A stretch of 64,000 nt of DNA. Source: Candidatus Nealsonbacteria bacterium. GTDB taxonomy: Bacteria > Patescibacteriota > Minisyncoccia > Minisyncoccales > RBG-13-36-15. The notes below the pieces were generated by a model. That model made no database searches. It was not told the DNA's origin and saw only the letters and a list, made by a program, of their open reading frames with translations. Location of the stretch: the NCBI GenBank assembly GCA_011050465.1, contig DRFQ01000001.1, forward strand, positions 37,225 to 101,224, given 5' to 3'. Shown here piece by piece: positions 17,362 to 26,264 of this stretch (position 1 is its first letter; the number at the start of each line of letters is the position of its first letter). The translations under genes were made by a program, and so were the position numbers.

Positions 17362-17694
17362 TTAGGGCATTTCTTCTATTGCCCCTCCTAATAGATGTAG
17401 GTGCAAATGATCAATCAATTGCCCTCCCTCTTTTCCAACATTAATCGCCAGTTTGTAGCCCTTTAGGTCTTTTTCTTTTGCTATTTTCTGGGCTACCAAG
17501 AAAAGATCGCCTATCAAATTCTTATCCTCCGACGTTAAATGATTAACTGATAAAATGTGCTTTTTAGGTAGAATTAAAATGTGAACAGAAGCTTTAGGAT
17601 GGGTATCTTTAAAAGCAATTGTTTCTTCTGCTTCATAAACAATTTCTGAAGGTAGCTCTTTGTTTATAATTTTACAAAAAAGACACTCTTCCAT
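17362..17694 (-). CDS. HIT-family (histidine triad) nucleotide hydrolase
   Basis: 110 aa with CLFCKI and the HLHLHLL triad. Confidence 0.9.
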   Translation of the reverse strand: MEECLFCKIINKELPSEIVYEAEETIAFKDTHPKASVHILILPKKHILSVNHLTSEDKNLIGDLFLVAQKIAKEKDLKGYKLAINVGKEGGQLIDHLHLHLLGGAIEEMP

Positions 17695-17710
17695 AAATAA
17701 CTGTTTATGG

Positions 17711-19012
17711 CTATTTCTTCAAACGTTTTTTCATTTCTTTTATTATTTTTTCTGACTTTATCACTTCTTGTTTTCCGGTTTTCATATTTCTTATCAAAAC
17801 CACTTCCCCCAGAGCTTCTTTCTGGCCAATAATTAAAGTGTATTCGACTCCCATTCTATCGGCTAAATAAAGTTGGGCCTTTAAAGAATCTCTTCCAAAA
17901 GTTTCAGCTAAAGGAATTTTAGCCTTTCTAAACTCTTCGAAAAGTTTAAGTCCTTTTTTTTTGGCTAGTTTCCCTAGTTGAGCCAGAAAAATTTGCTTTT
18001 TAACTTCAACGGGAGGCTTCCATGTTTTTTCTTTCATTAAATTCACAATCCTTTCTACTCCGGCTGCCCCTCCCATACCCGGCGTATCTTTGCCCCCTAA
18101 AAGTTTCACCAAGACATCATATCTCCCGCCAGCAACTATTGCTCCCTGTCTTTTTCCTTCTTCGCCTTTATCAAAGATCTCAAAAACTGTTTTAGTATAA
18201 TAATCAAGTCCTCTTACAAGATAAGGATTAAGATAGTAAGGTAGCTCTAGTTCATCCAAGAATTCTAAAACTTCTCTAAAGTGATTATGACATTCCTGAC
18301 AGAGATGATCAATTATTTGAGGGGCCTGGTTTTTAACTCGTTGGCACTTTTCTTCCTGGCAATCTAAGATTCTGAGGGGATTTTCTCTAATTCTTCTTTG
18401 ACAACTATGACACAAACTCTCGGTTTTAGATTTTAAATAGCTTACTAAAAGTTTTTTATAATAAGGCCGGCATTGACTATCTCCTATACTATTGATTTCA
18501 ACGGTCAAATCTTCGAAACGAAGCTCTTTTAAAATATTATAAAAAATTTGGATAATCTGAGTATCAACAACTGGACTTTGTTCTCCGAAAACTTCAAAAC
18601 CAATTTGATGAAACTGACGAAATCTGCCAGCCTGTGGTCTCTCATAGCGAAAAAAGGGGCCAGAATACCAAAACTTTACCGGCTGAGGACGATTAAACAT
18701 CCCATGTTCAATATAGGCTCTAACCACGGACGGGGTCCCCTCTGGTCTGAGGGTCAACCAATCTCCTCCCTTGGTTCTAAATGTATACATTTGTTTCTGG
18801 ACAACATCGGTGCTCAACCCTGTTCCTTTTTCAAAAAGTCCAGCTTCCTCTAAAATCGGAGTTTCAATAAATCTAAAACCATAGAAATTGGCAATATTCT
18901 CAGCTATATTATAAAGTTTCTGAAAGTACTTCTGGTCTTCAGGAAGAATATCGTGCATTCCTTGGGGAGATTGATACCCTCTTTTTCTTTTTTTGGAAAT
19001 ACTTGAATCCAT
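17711..19012 (-). CDS. hisS: histidyl-tRNA synthetase
   Basis: 433 aa with class II motifs (LRPEGT, FRYERPQAGRFRQFHQ, GGRYD). Confidence 0.95.
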   Translation of the reverse strand: MDSSISKKRKRGYQSPQGMHDILPEDQKYFQKLYNIAENIANFYGFRFIETPILEEAGLFEKGTGLSTDVVQKQMYTFRTKGGDWLTLRPEGTPSVVRAYIEHGMFNRPQPVKFWYSGPFFRYERPQAGRFRQFHQIGFEVFGEQSPVVDTQIIQIFYNILKELRFEDLTVEINSIGDSQCRPYYKKLLVSYLKSKTESLCHSCQRRIRENPLRILDCQEEKCQRVKNQAPQIIDHLCQECHNHFREVLEFLDELELPYYLNPYLVRGLDYYTKTVFEIFDKGEEGKRQGAIVAGGRYDVLVKLLGGKDTPGMGGAAGVERIVNLMKEKTWKPPVEVKKQIFLAQLGKLAKKKGLKLFEEFRKAKIPLAETFGRDSLKAQLYLADRMGVEYTLIIGQKEALGEVVLIRNMKTGKQEVIKSEKIIKEMKKRLKK

Positions 19013-19154
19013 GCCCCGTAGTGAAATTTCGACTTAAATCAATGAGATGAAATCTCGGTTTATAATTTATATGTTGAATATCTTTTTCTCTCTTTTATGC
19101 CCCGTTTTACCTTGTTCGCCCTTCGGGCGAACTGTCGAAATTCTACTACGGGGC
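19013..19154. repeat. 142-bp intergenic element bounded by 21-bp inverted repeats (MITE-like or hisS leader)
   Basis: GCCCCGTAGTGAAATTTCGAC (19013-19033) matches the reverse complement of 19134-19154 (GCCCCGTAGTAGAATTTCGAC) at 19/21 positions. An inner hairpin GTTCGCCC-TTC-GGGCGAAC is present. Confidence 0.8.
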
Positions 19155-19161
19155 ATGTCTT

Positions 19162-19716
19162 CTAAGGGGTTTTATAAATGGGAGTGATAATTTTGGCAAT
19201 AGCTGTTGGGGGCCAAGCCCTGAAAAGAACTCGACCAATAATATAATTTTCTGGTAAAGATCCCCAACGTCTCGAGTCAGAAGAAAAAGCCCGGTTATCT
19301 CCCAAAACAAAGTATTTATTTTCTTCTAAAGTAACAAGAAAGTCTCCGAGGGTAACCGATGGCTCAAAAAAATAGAACGATTCATCTAACATGTAGGCTT
19401 CTCCGTCTTCTGAAATAAATATTTGACCTTCTTTTATCTGAATTGTTTCTCCGGGAAGACCGATAATTCTTTTAATATATCGTTGAGAAGGATCCTGAGG
19501 ATACTTGAAAACTATCACTTCACCTCTTTGGGGTTCTCGGAATCTATAGGAAATTTCATCGATAATTAAATAGTCCCCACTATTAAAACTAGGCTCCATC
19601 GAGGCTCCCCTAACAATAAAGGGCTGAAATAAAAAATAACGGACAGGCACCACTATTAATAAAGCGATAATAACTATTTTTGAGATCTCCCAGAGAAAAG
19701 ACAATATATTTCGCAT
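19162..19716 (-). CDS. lepB: signal peptidase I
   Basis: 184 aa with GASMEPS (catalytic Ser), RIIGLPGE and GDNRAFSSDSR boxes. Confidence 0.9.
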   Translation of the reverse strand: MRNILSFLWEISKIVIIALLIVVPVRYFLFQPFIVRGASMEPSFNSGDYLIIDEISYRFREPQRGEVIVFKYPQDPSQRYIKRIIGLPGETIQIKEGQIFISEDGEAYMLDESFYFFEPSVTLGDFLVTLEENKYFVLGDNRAFSSDSRRWGSLPENYIIGRVLFRAWPPTAIAKIITPIYKTP

Positions 19717-19866
19717 AACTATTCTATTGTAGCTAAAATTTTTTCATCTGGCAAGCCGACGCACCAAGCGAGGATGAGGCACAGAAAGCATCTAAATTAA
19801 CAAAATAATCATCGTTTGGCGTGGGGGCAAGAGAAATGATATAATATTATTACGAACAAATTTATT

Positions 19867-20433
19867 ATGATTTTCATTATTGGACTGGGTAATCCAGGAA
19901 AAAAATTTCAAAAAAGTCGCCACAATATTGGCAGGTCAATAGTTAGTTGCTGGCAGGAAGTCATTGGTTTCCCTAATTTTAAACTGCAAAAGAAATTTAA
20001 CGCTTTGATTTCGAAAGGAATTTACGAAAAAAAAGACGTGATCCTCATTCTCCCTGAAACTTTTATGAACTTATCTGGAAAGGCAGTCAAAGCCCTATCT
20101 GTCTACTACAAACTGCCAACTACTAATGTCTGGATTATTCATGATGATATTGACATTCTTTTGGGCCAAATCAGGATCGTCAAAAATCGGGGATCTGGCG
20201 GTCATAAAGGAGTGGAATCAATAGTTAAAGAATTAAAAACGAAAAATTTTATTAGATTTAGAATAGGAATTCAGTCGAAAGACGGAAAACCCAAAAATGT
20301 TGAAAAATATGTTCTTCAGAAATTTGGTAAAGCAGAAGAGAAAGTTGTTGAAAAAACTGTTGAAAAAACTTGTTTAGCAATTACAATGGTTCTCAAGGAA
20401 AATCTAGAAAAAACAATGACCCAGATGAATTAA
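19867..20433 (+). CDS. pth: peptidyl-tRNA hydrolase
   Basis: 188 aa with IIGLGNPG...RHNIG...HDDID motifs. Confidence 0.95.
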   Translation: MIFIIGLGNPGKKFQKSRHNIGRSIVSCWQEVIGFPNFKLQKKFNALISKGIYEKKDVILILPETFMNLSGKAVKALSVYYKLPTTNVWIIHDDIDILLGQIRIVKNRGSGGHKGVESIVKELKTKNFIRFRIGIQSKDGKPKNVEKYVLQKFGKAEEKVVEKTVEKTCLAITMVLKENLEKTMTQMN

Positions 20434-20542
20434 GCAAGGTCTTGTGTGAAAAATGAGCTTTTCAACGGAAGTTTTTTAAAATTTCTATTTCCCGGTTGAA
20501 TCCAACATAGTTCGTGCGGGCCAATGTAAAAATATAACCGAT

Positions 20543-20566
20543 AAAAAAATTGGCCAGCTGGCCAAT
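20543..20566 (-). terminator. perfect 18-bp palindrome with a U-tract only in minus orientation
   Basis: ATTGGCCAGCTGGCCAAT (20549-20566) is preceded on the plus strand by AAAAAAA. This reads as hairpin plus TTTTTTT on the minus strand. Confidence 0.5.
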
Positions 20567-20613
20567 TAGCACTCTTGCCGATCCCTGCTCCTTTCTTCTT
20601 TCTAAAGAATAAA

Positions 20614-20749
20614 CTTTACCCTCCAGTCCACCTATCAGCGCCAGGGACTCAAAAGATAACCTTCAAATCCCTAGACTTTCGGCTACTTCAGGCTTAAGGA
20701 GGGATTGCCTAGAATTTCACCGCTGATAGGCAGGCTGGAGGGTAAAAAG
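20614..20749. repeat. long GC-enriched hairpin (22 bp of closing stem); candidate structured sRNA or MITE
   Basis: TTTACCCTCCAG (20615-20626) pairs with CTGGAGGGTAAA (20735-20746). CCTATCAGCG (20631-20640) pairs with CGCTGATAGG (20721-20730). Inner pairing AATCCCT/AGGGATT is also present. Confidence 0.7.
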
Positions 20750-20761
20750 GTAGAATACGGC

Positions 20762-20791
20762 TTGACTATCTTGTAAATATTTTATTATAAT
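20762..20791 (+). promoter_or_regulatory. candidate sigma70-type promoter of mfd
   Basis: TTGACT (20762-20767), an 18-nt spacer, then TATAAT (20786-20791). The mfd ATG at 20800 would be at or near the transcript 5' end. Confidence 0.35.
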
Positions 20792-20799
20792 TCAATCGA

Positions 20800-22794
20800 A
20801 TGAAATTGTCAAGGGAAGCTACCGATAGAGTTTTGATTGTCAGTCTCATCCCCTATTTTTTGAATAAGGGAAATTTTTGGTTTGAGGAGAATTTTTCAAA
20901 GATTTTAGCTGCCAGAAAAACCCAATCATTTTTCGAGAGCAATACTCTATTTTTAGAAAAAGGGCAAACCCTTAATCTCTCTCAATTTTTAAGAAAGTTG
21001 GATGAAATGGGCTATGAGAAAGTATTGAAAATTGAATATCCGGGAGAATTCTCCCAACGAGGAGGTTTGGTTGAGGTTTTTCCTCTAAATTCAAATCAAG
21101 CTCTATTGTTTGAGTTTTTTGGTAATAAAATTGAGAATATTGAAAAATTAGAAGTAGTAATCGAAGATGAGAAAAAATCAAAAGAGATTTTGAAAAAAAA
21201 GCTAAAATCTCAAAAAATATTTTCTGATTTAAAAGGAATTAAACCCGGAGATTGTTTAGTTCATCTAGATCATGGTATTGGCATTTATGAACAACAGTCA
21301 ACTGTCACGCTGTCTGTCAACGGAGAATCAGATAATAAGCAATATTATGTACTAAAATACGCTCAGGAAGATAGGTTATATGTTCCCTTGGGCCTAGAAA
21401 GAAAACTTTCACGTTATATTGGTTTTGGGAAACCGCAAATTGCTCGATTAGGTAGTTCACTCTGGCAGAAAACAAAAAGAAAGATAAAAGCAGAAACTGA
21501 GAAATTGGCTAAAGAGCTTTTAGACATTGCGGCCAGCAGAGAGATAACCACTCGCTCTCCTTACTTACCAGAAGACGAAATAGACCTTCAGTTAGCTTCT
21601 GATTTTCAGTACCTTGAGACTCCCGACCAAAATGAAGCGATCGAAGAAATAAAAAAAGATTTAGAAAATAATCGGCCAATGGATAGAATCTTGTGTGGCG
21701 ATGTTGGTTTTGGTAAAACAGAAGTGGCAATAAGGGCAATGATAAAAGTGGTGAAATCCGGCTACCAGGCAGTAATGATCTGTCCAACCACTATTTTGGC
21801 TTATCAGCATTTCCATAATTTTAGAAAAAGATTAAAAAATCTTCCCGTAAAAATTAGATTGCTTTCTCGCCTTCAAACAAAAAAAGAACAAAAAAAAATT
21901 GTTGAAGAATTAAATGCCGGTAAAGTTGATTTTGTTGTTGGCACCCATCGATTATTATCAAAAGATGTTACCCCCCACCCCTCTCAAAAAGGTGGAGGGC
22001 TGGGGCTTTTAATTATTGATGATGAACACCGATTTGGGGTTAAACAAAAAGAAAAATTTAAAAAAATCAGGGCTAATCTTGATATATTATCACTTTCTGC
22101 AACTCCAATTCCCAGAACCCTTTATTTGGCTCTCTCATCCCTGAAAAAAATAAGTTTAATTACAACACCTCCTCCCGGCAGGCTCCCGATTAAAACTTTT
22201 ATTGTCCATTTCAAGAAAAAAATAATCAAACAGGCTATTGAAAAGGAAATTTCCAGAGGAGGACAGGTCTATTTTCTTTTTAATCGAATTCAAGCAATTG
22301 AAAAAATGCGGGAATTTTTAGAGAAATTATTGCCTAAGGTTAAAATTGGAATCGCCCATGGAAAATTGGCAGAAAAAGAACTAATTAAAACAATACAAGA
22401 TTTCCAACAAAAAAAGATCGATGTTTTAGTTACAACGACAATAATTGAAAATGGAATTGATCTACCCAATGTTAATACTTTAATTGTCGCAGACGGCACA
22501 AAACTCGGGCTAGCCCAAGCCTATCAAATAAGGGGAAGGGTTGGCAGGTCTCATATTCAGGCTTTTGCTTATTTTCTATACTCTAAAAGAATCTCCTCTT
22601 TGGCCAGAGAAAGGCTTCAGGCCCTAAAAGAAGCCGAAGCCTTGGGTTCTGGCTATCAAGTTGCTTTAAAAGATTTGGAAATCAGAGGAACGGGGAATAT
22701 TTTGGGAAAAGAACAATCTGGCAATATAAATCAAGTAGGACTGAACCTCTATTGCCAAATGCTCTCTGAAGCTGTTGAGAAATTAAGAAAATAA
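20800..22794 (+). CDS. mfd: transcription-repair coupling factor Mfd, compact form
   Basis: 664 aa. It has a UvrB-like piece (PGEFSQRGGLVEVFP...FFGNKIENI), a CarD/TRCF RNAP-interaction domain (KPGDCLVHLDHGIGIY), and SF2 translocase motifs (GDVGFGKTEVA, DDEHRFGV, RGRVGRS). Confidence 0.85.
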   Translation: MKLSREATDRVLIVSLIPYFLNKGNFWFEENFSKILAARKTQSFFESNTLFLEKGQTLNLSQFLRKLDEMGYEKVLKIEYPGEFSQRGGLVEVFPLNSNQALLFEFFGNKIENIEKLEVVIEDEKKSKEILKKKLKSQKIFSDLKGIKPGDCLVHLDHGIGIYEQQSTVTLSVNGESDNKQYYVLKYAQEDRLYVPLGLERKLSRYIGFGKPQIARLGSSLWQKTKRKIKAETEKLAKELLDIAASREITTRSPYLPEDEIDLQLASDFQYLETPDQNEAIEEIKKDLENNRPMDRILCGDVGFGKTEVAIRAMIKVVKSGYQAVMICPTTILAYQHFHNFRKRLKNLPVKIRLLSRLQTKKEQKKIVEELNAGKVDFVVGTHRLLSKDVTPHPSQKGGGLGLLIIDDEHRFGVKQKEKFKKIRANLDILSLSATPIPRTLYLALSSLKKISLITTPPPGRLPIKTFIVHFKKKIIKQAIEKEISRGGQVYFLFNRIQAIEKMREFLEKLLPKVKIGIAHGKLAEKELIKTIQDFQQKKIDVLVTTTIIENGIDLPNVNTLIVADGTKLGLAQAYQIRGRVGRSHIQAFAYFLYSKRISSLARERLQALKEAEALGSGYQVALKDLEIRGTGNILGKEQSGNINQVGLNLYCQMLSEAVEKLRK

Positions 22795-22818
22795 AAAAGA
22801 GGCCATGTCTCTGGCCCC

Positions 22819-23088
22819 TCAATAATTGGCGCGGATTGCTAGAAGGATTGGCATTTGCTCTTTTGCAGTTTCTCTGGCTATTCGCTCGATTTCGCCTCTT
22901 TCAGACGGCGCTAAATCGTTTACTGATACGTCGAAAAACGAACGAAAAACTTCCTCAACAGTTTTTATCATCCTATCTTTTAGAACATCCTCATCAATTT
23001 CGCTTCCCTCTAGGTCATTTAACAATCTTTCTTTTTGTTTATCCAATAGGTAGGTCGCCTCTTGAATTATCTCCTCAAAACTCTTCAT
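22819..23088 (-). CDS. small acidic helical hypothetical protein (~89 aa)
   Basis: The track gives 22819..23118. The SD AAAGGAGG lies 5 nt before the ATG at 23088 (MKSFEEIIQE...). It is the only minus-strand gene inside the plus-strand block. Confidence 0.5.
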   Translation of the reverse strand: MKSFEEIIQEATYLLDKQKERLLNDLEGSEIDEDVLKDRMIKTVEEVFRSFFDVSVNDLAPSERGEIERIARETAKEQMPILLAIRANY

Positions 23089-23242
23089 TTCCGCCTCCTT
23101 TTGGTTGTTTAAGTACAAGCCCTCCGTTTAAAAAATAATATACGGAGTCGAAAAAGTCAATCTTTTGACAAGCTTAGGATTAATGTTGAACTTATTAAAA
23201 CATCGAATTTCTTAATTTTTAAAAATCGTGCTAAATTAAAAA

Positions 23243-24109
23243 ATGGAAGAAATAAAAGAGATTAATATTAATAATAAAGATTATCCAGAACTTCTTAAAA
23301 AAATTAAGAATCCGCCAAAGGTTCTTTATGTTAAAGGAAATATTTTTCCAGATGAGCCCTGCTTTGCTATTGTTGGAACAAGAAGATTTTCTTCTTACGG
23401 AAAACAGGTAGCCCTGGGAATTGCCGGCGATTTAGCTGAGGCCGGTTTAATTATTGTTTCAGGATTAGCACCCGGCATTGACACTTTTGTCCATCAGGCA
23501 ACAGTTGAACGGAGAACACAAACAATTGCTGTTTTAGGAACGGGCATTGATGAAAAAAGCATTTATCCTCAATCAAATCTGAGGTTGGCCCAAAAAATTA
23601 TTGAAAAAGGTGGAGCTTTAATTTCTGAATACAGACCTGGTACTCGAGGGACTCAATTTACTTTTCCCCAAAGAAACAGAATTATTGCCGGACTCTCTTT
23701 GGGAGTTTTGGTGGTTGAGGCTAAAGAAAAGTCAGGGGCTTTAATTACTGCTCACTATGCTCTCGAGCAGGGCCGAAAAGTCTTTGCTATTCCTGGTTCA
23801 ATTTATTCTTCTAATTCTCGAGGTTCCCACAATTTAATAAAGAAGGGAGCAAAATTAATTGAGAATGCTAACGATATTTTAAGAGAATTAAATTTACCCA
23901 TTAAAAAGAAGGCTAAAACAACAACGGGAAAAACCAAAGAGGAAAATCTAGTTTTAGAAGCATTAAGAGAAGAGTCTTTATATGTTGACAAAGTTATCGA
24001 AAAAACAAAATTACAAGCATCTGTCGTTTCCAGCACTCTCTCGACATTGGAAATAAAAGGAAAAATAAGAAACTTGGGAGGAAGCATATATGCAATTAGT
24101 AATAGTTGA
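23243..24109 (+). CDS. dprA: DNA processing protein DprA/Smf
   Basis: 288 aa with a Rossmann-like DprA core (AIVGTRRFSSYG, SGLAPGIDTFVHQ, VVEAKEKSGALITA) and a C-terminal winged-helix. Confidence 0.9.
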   Translation: MEEIKEININNKDYPELLKKIKNPPKVLYVKGNIFPDEPCFAIVGTRRFSSYGKQVALGIAGDLAEAGLIIVSGLAPGIDTFVHQATVERRTQTIAVLGTGIDEKSIYPQSNLRLAQKIIEKGGALISEYRPGTRGTQFTFPQRNRIIAGLSLGVLVVEAKEKSGALITAHYALEQGRKVFAIPGSIYSSNSRGSHNLIKKGAKLIENANDILRELNLPIKKKAKTTTGKTKEENLVLEALREESLYVDKVIEKTKLQASVVSSTLSTLEIKGKIRNLGGSIYAISNS

Positions 24110-26210
24110 ATCACCAATTAAATCTCGAACTATCCAGCAATTTTTAGGCCGAAATTACAAGGTCTTATCTTCTTATGGCCATGTTAGAGATCTGCCAAAA
24201 AGTAAACTTGGGATAGATATAGAAAACGATTTTAAGCCAAGCTACATAATCATTCCAAAAACCAGAAAAATAACTCAGTTATTAAAAAAAGAAGCTAAAA
24301 AAGCAACATCTGTAATTTTAGCTACTGACGAAGATAGAGAAGGAGAATCCATTGCTTGGCATCTTGTCCAGTTGCTTAATCTGAATGGTTTAAAGCCTTA
24401 TCAAAGAATAGTTTTCCACGAAATTACAAAAAGAGCAATTGAGAAGGCTTTAAAAAATCCAAGAAAAATTGACATGAATTTAGTTAATGCCCAACAAGCC
24501 AGAAGAATTTTAGATCGCATTGTTGGCTATAAATTATCACCTTTTTTATGGGATAAAGTGGCTAGGGGGCTATCGGCAGGAAGAGTCCAGTCGGTAGCAG
24601 TAAGATTGATAGTTGAAAGAGAAAGAGAAATTCAGAAATTTACTCCCAAAGAATATTGGAGCATTGAGGCATTACTTAAAAAAAATAAAAATACAAAGGT
24701 AGAATTTAAGGCTTCGCTAATTAAGAAAAATGGAAAAACTATTCCAAAGCTTGCAATTGCAGCCAAAAAAGAAGCTGATAAAATTATCGAAGATCTAAAA
24801 GGGGCTGAATATAAGGTAATTGATATTGAAAAAAAAGAAGTAAAAAGAAATCCTCTTCCTCCATTTACAACAAGTACTTTGCAGCAAGAGATTTATCGAA
24901 AATTAAGATTCTCGGCAAGAAAAACCATGTTTATTGCCCAGCGGCTTTATGAAAAAGGGCATATTACCTATCACCGAACCGATTCTCTTAACCTTTCTGA
25001 ACAATCTTTATTGGCGGTTAAAAAATTCATTATCGGAAATTACGGTAAAAAATATTGGGCAGGTTTTCTGAAAAAGTATAAGGCTAAAGGTAAGACTCAA
25101 GAAGCCCATGAGGCCATTAGGCCAACTTATCCTGAAAATACTCCAGAAAAACTGAAAATAGAGGCAAAACCCGACGCCGGAGCGAAGCCCAGCACCAGAG
25201 CCGAGCACGGTGCCGGACCAGCCCCGAACCGAAACAAAGTTTCTGGTGCGGGGTTAGACGACGACCAGTTCAAACTTTATGATTTAATCTGGCGAAGATT
25301 TATTGCTTGCCAGATGAATCAAGCCATTTTCGACTCGACTACTATTGATATTTCAGCTAAAACATATCTCTTTCGGGCCACTGGCCAAATTTTAAAATTC
25401 GAAGGTTTTTTAAAAATATATCCCATTAAATTTGAAGAAAACGAACTACCATTATTGAAAAAAAATGAAGCCTTAAAGCTTATAAATCTCATATCTTCTC
25501 AGCATTTCACTCAGGCTCCCCCCAGATATACCGAAGCAACTTTAATTAAGACCCTGGAAGAAAAAGGGATTGGCCGGCCTTCAACCTATGCCCCGACATT
25601 AGCTACAATCCAAGGAAGAAATTACATTGAAAAAGATGCAAATAGACGGTTTCAACCAACCAGAATTGGTTTTATAGTAAACGATCTTCTGGTTAAAAAT
25701 TTTCCGAAGATTGTTAGTATTGATTTCACGGCCACGATGGAGGACGATTTAGATAAAATTGCTCAGGCAAAAGTAGGGTGGGTCACAATTATAAAAGAAT
25801 TTTATACTCCTTTTAATGAAAACTTAGAAAAAAAGCGTCAAAAAGTTTCAAAAAAAGAATCAATTGCAGAACTAACTAACGAAATTTGCCCAGATTGTGG
25901 AGCCAATTTATTAATTAGGATAAGCAGATTTGGAGAGTTTTATACTTGCTCCAATTTTCCAAAGTGTCGATACAAAAAAGATATCCCTAAATCTTTAGAT
26001 ATTAAATGTCCAAAATGTAAGAAAGGAGAAATGGTTGAAAGAAGGACAAAAAATAAGAAGATTTTCTATGGGTGCTCTCTCTGGCCGGACTGTGATTTTG
26101 CCTCTTGGGAAAAACCGATTGGAAAAAATTGTCCAAAGTGTGAATCAATCCTAGTTATCACTAAATGGAAAAAGATAAGGTGTTTTAATAAAGACTGTAA
26201 ACCCCGTTAG
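24090..26210 (+). CDS. topA: DNA topoisomerase I
   Basis: 706 aa with Toprim (VIVESPIKSRTI, ATDEDREGE), the active-site region ITYHRTDS, and four C-terminal CxxC...CxxC zinc ribbons. It overlaps dprA by 20 nt. Confidence 0.95.
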   Translation: MQLVIVESPIKSRTIQQFLGRNYKVLSSYGHVRDLPKSKLGIDIENDFKPSYIIIPKTRKITQLLKKEAKKATSVILATDEDREGESIAWHLVQLLNLNGLKPYQRIVFHEITKRAIEKALKNPRKIDMNLVNAQQARRILDRIVGYKLSPFLWDKVARGLSAGRVQSVAVRLIVEREREIQKFTPKEYWSIEALLKKNKNTKVEFKASLIKKNGKTIPKLAIAAKKEADKIIEDLKGAEYKVIDIEKKEVKRNPLPPFTTSTLQQEIYRKLRFSARKTMFIAQRLYEKGHITYHRTDSLNLSEQSLLAVKKFIIGNYGKKYWAGFLKKYKAKGKTQEAHEAIRPTYPENTPEKLKIEAKPDAGAKPSTRAEHGAGPAPNRNKVSGAGLDDDQFKLYDLIWRRFIACQMNQAIFDSTTIDISAKTYLFRATGQILKFEGFLKIYPIKFEENELPLLKKNEALKLINLISSQHFTQAPPRYTEATLIKTLEEKGIGRPSTYAPTLATIQGRNYIEKDANRRFQPTRIGFIVNDLLVKNFPKIVSIDFTATMEDDLDKIAQAKVGWVTIIKEFYTPFNENLEKKRQKVSKKESIAELTNEICPDCGANLLIRISRFGEFYTCSNFPKCRYKKDIPKSLDIKCPKCKKGEMVERRTKNKKIFYGCSLWPDCDFASWEKPIGKNCPKCESILVITKWKKIRCFNKDCKPR

Positions 26211-26264
26211 AAAGGGCGAGGCTTTAGACTCCGTTAGAGGTAAATCTCTAACGGAGTAAATAAC

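Noticed and set aside
19717-19866. Replication origin at the divergent strand switch (lepB / pth), supported by the DnaA box at 11305-11313
   Set aside because: There is no cluster of DnaA boxes and no dnaA/dnaN nearby. Gene orientation reverts to the minus strand after 28.5 kb, so the plus block looks like a local arrangement rather than an origin. The single 9-mer is expected by chance.
20614-20749. SRP RNA, 6S RNA or RNase P RNA identity for the long hairpin
   Set aside because: None of the conserved motifs are present on either strand: no GGAAGCAGC/GNAR helix-8 motif for SRP and no GAGGAAAGTCC for RNase P. 6S cannot be judged by eye. It is left as an unassigned structured element.
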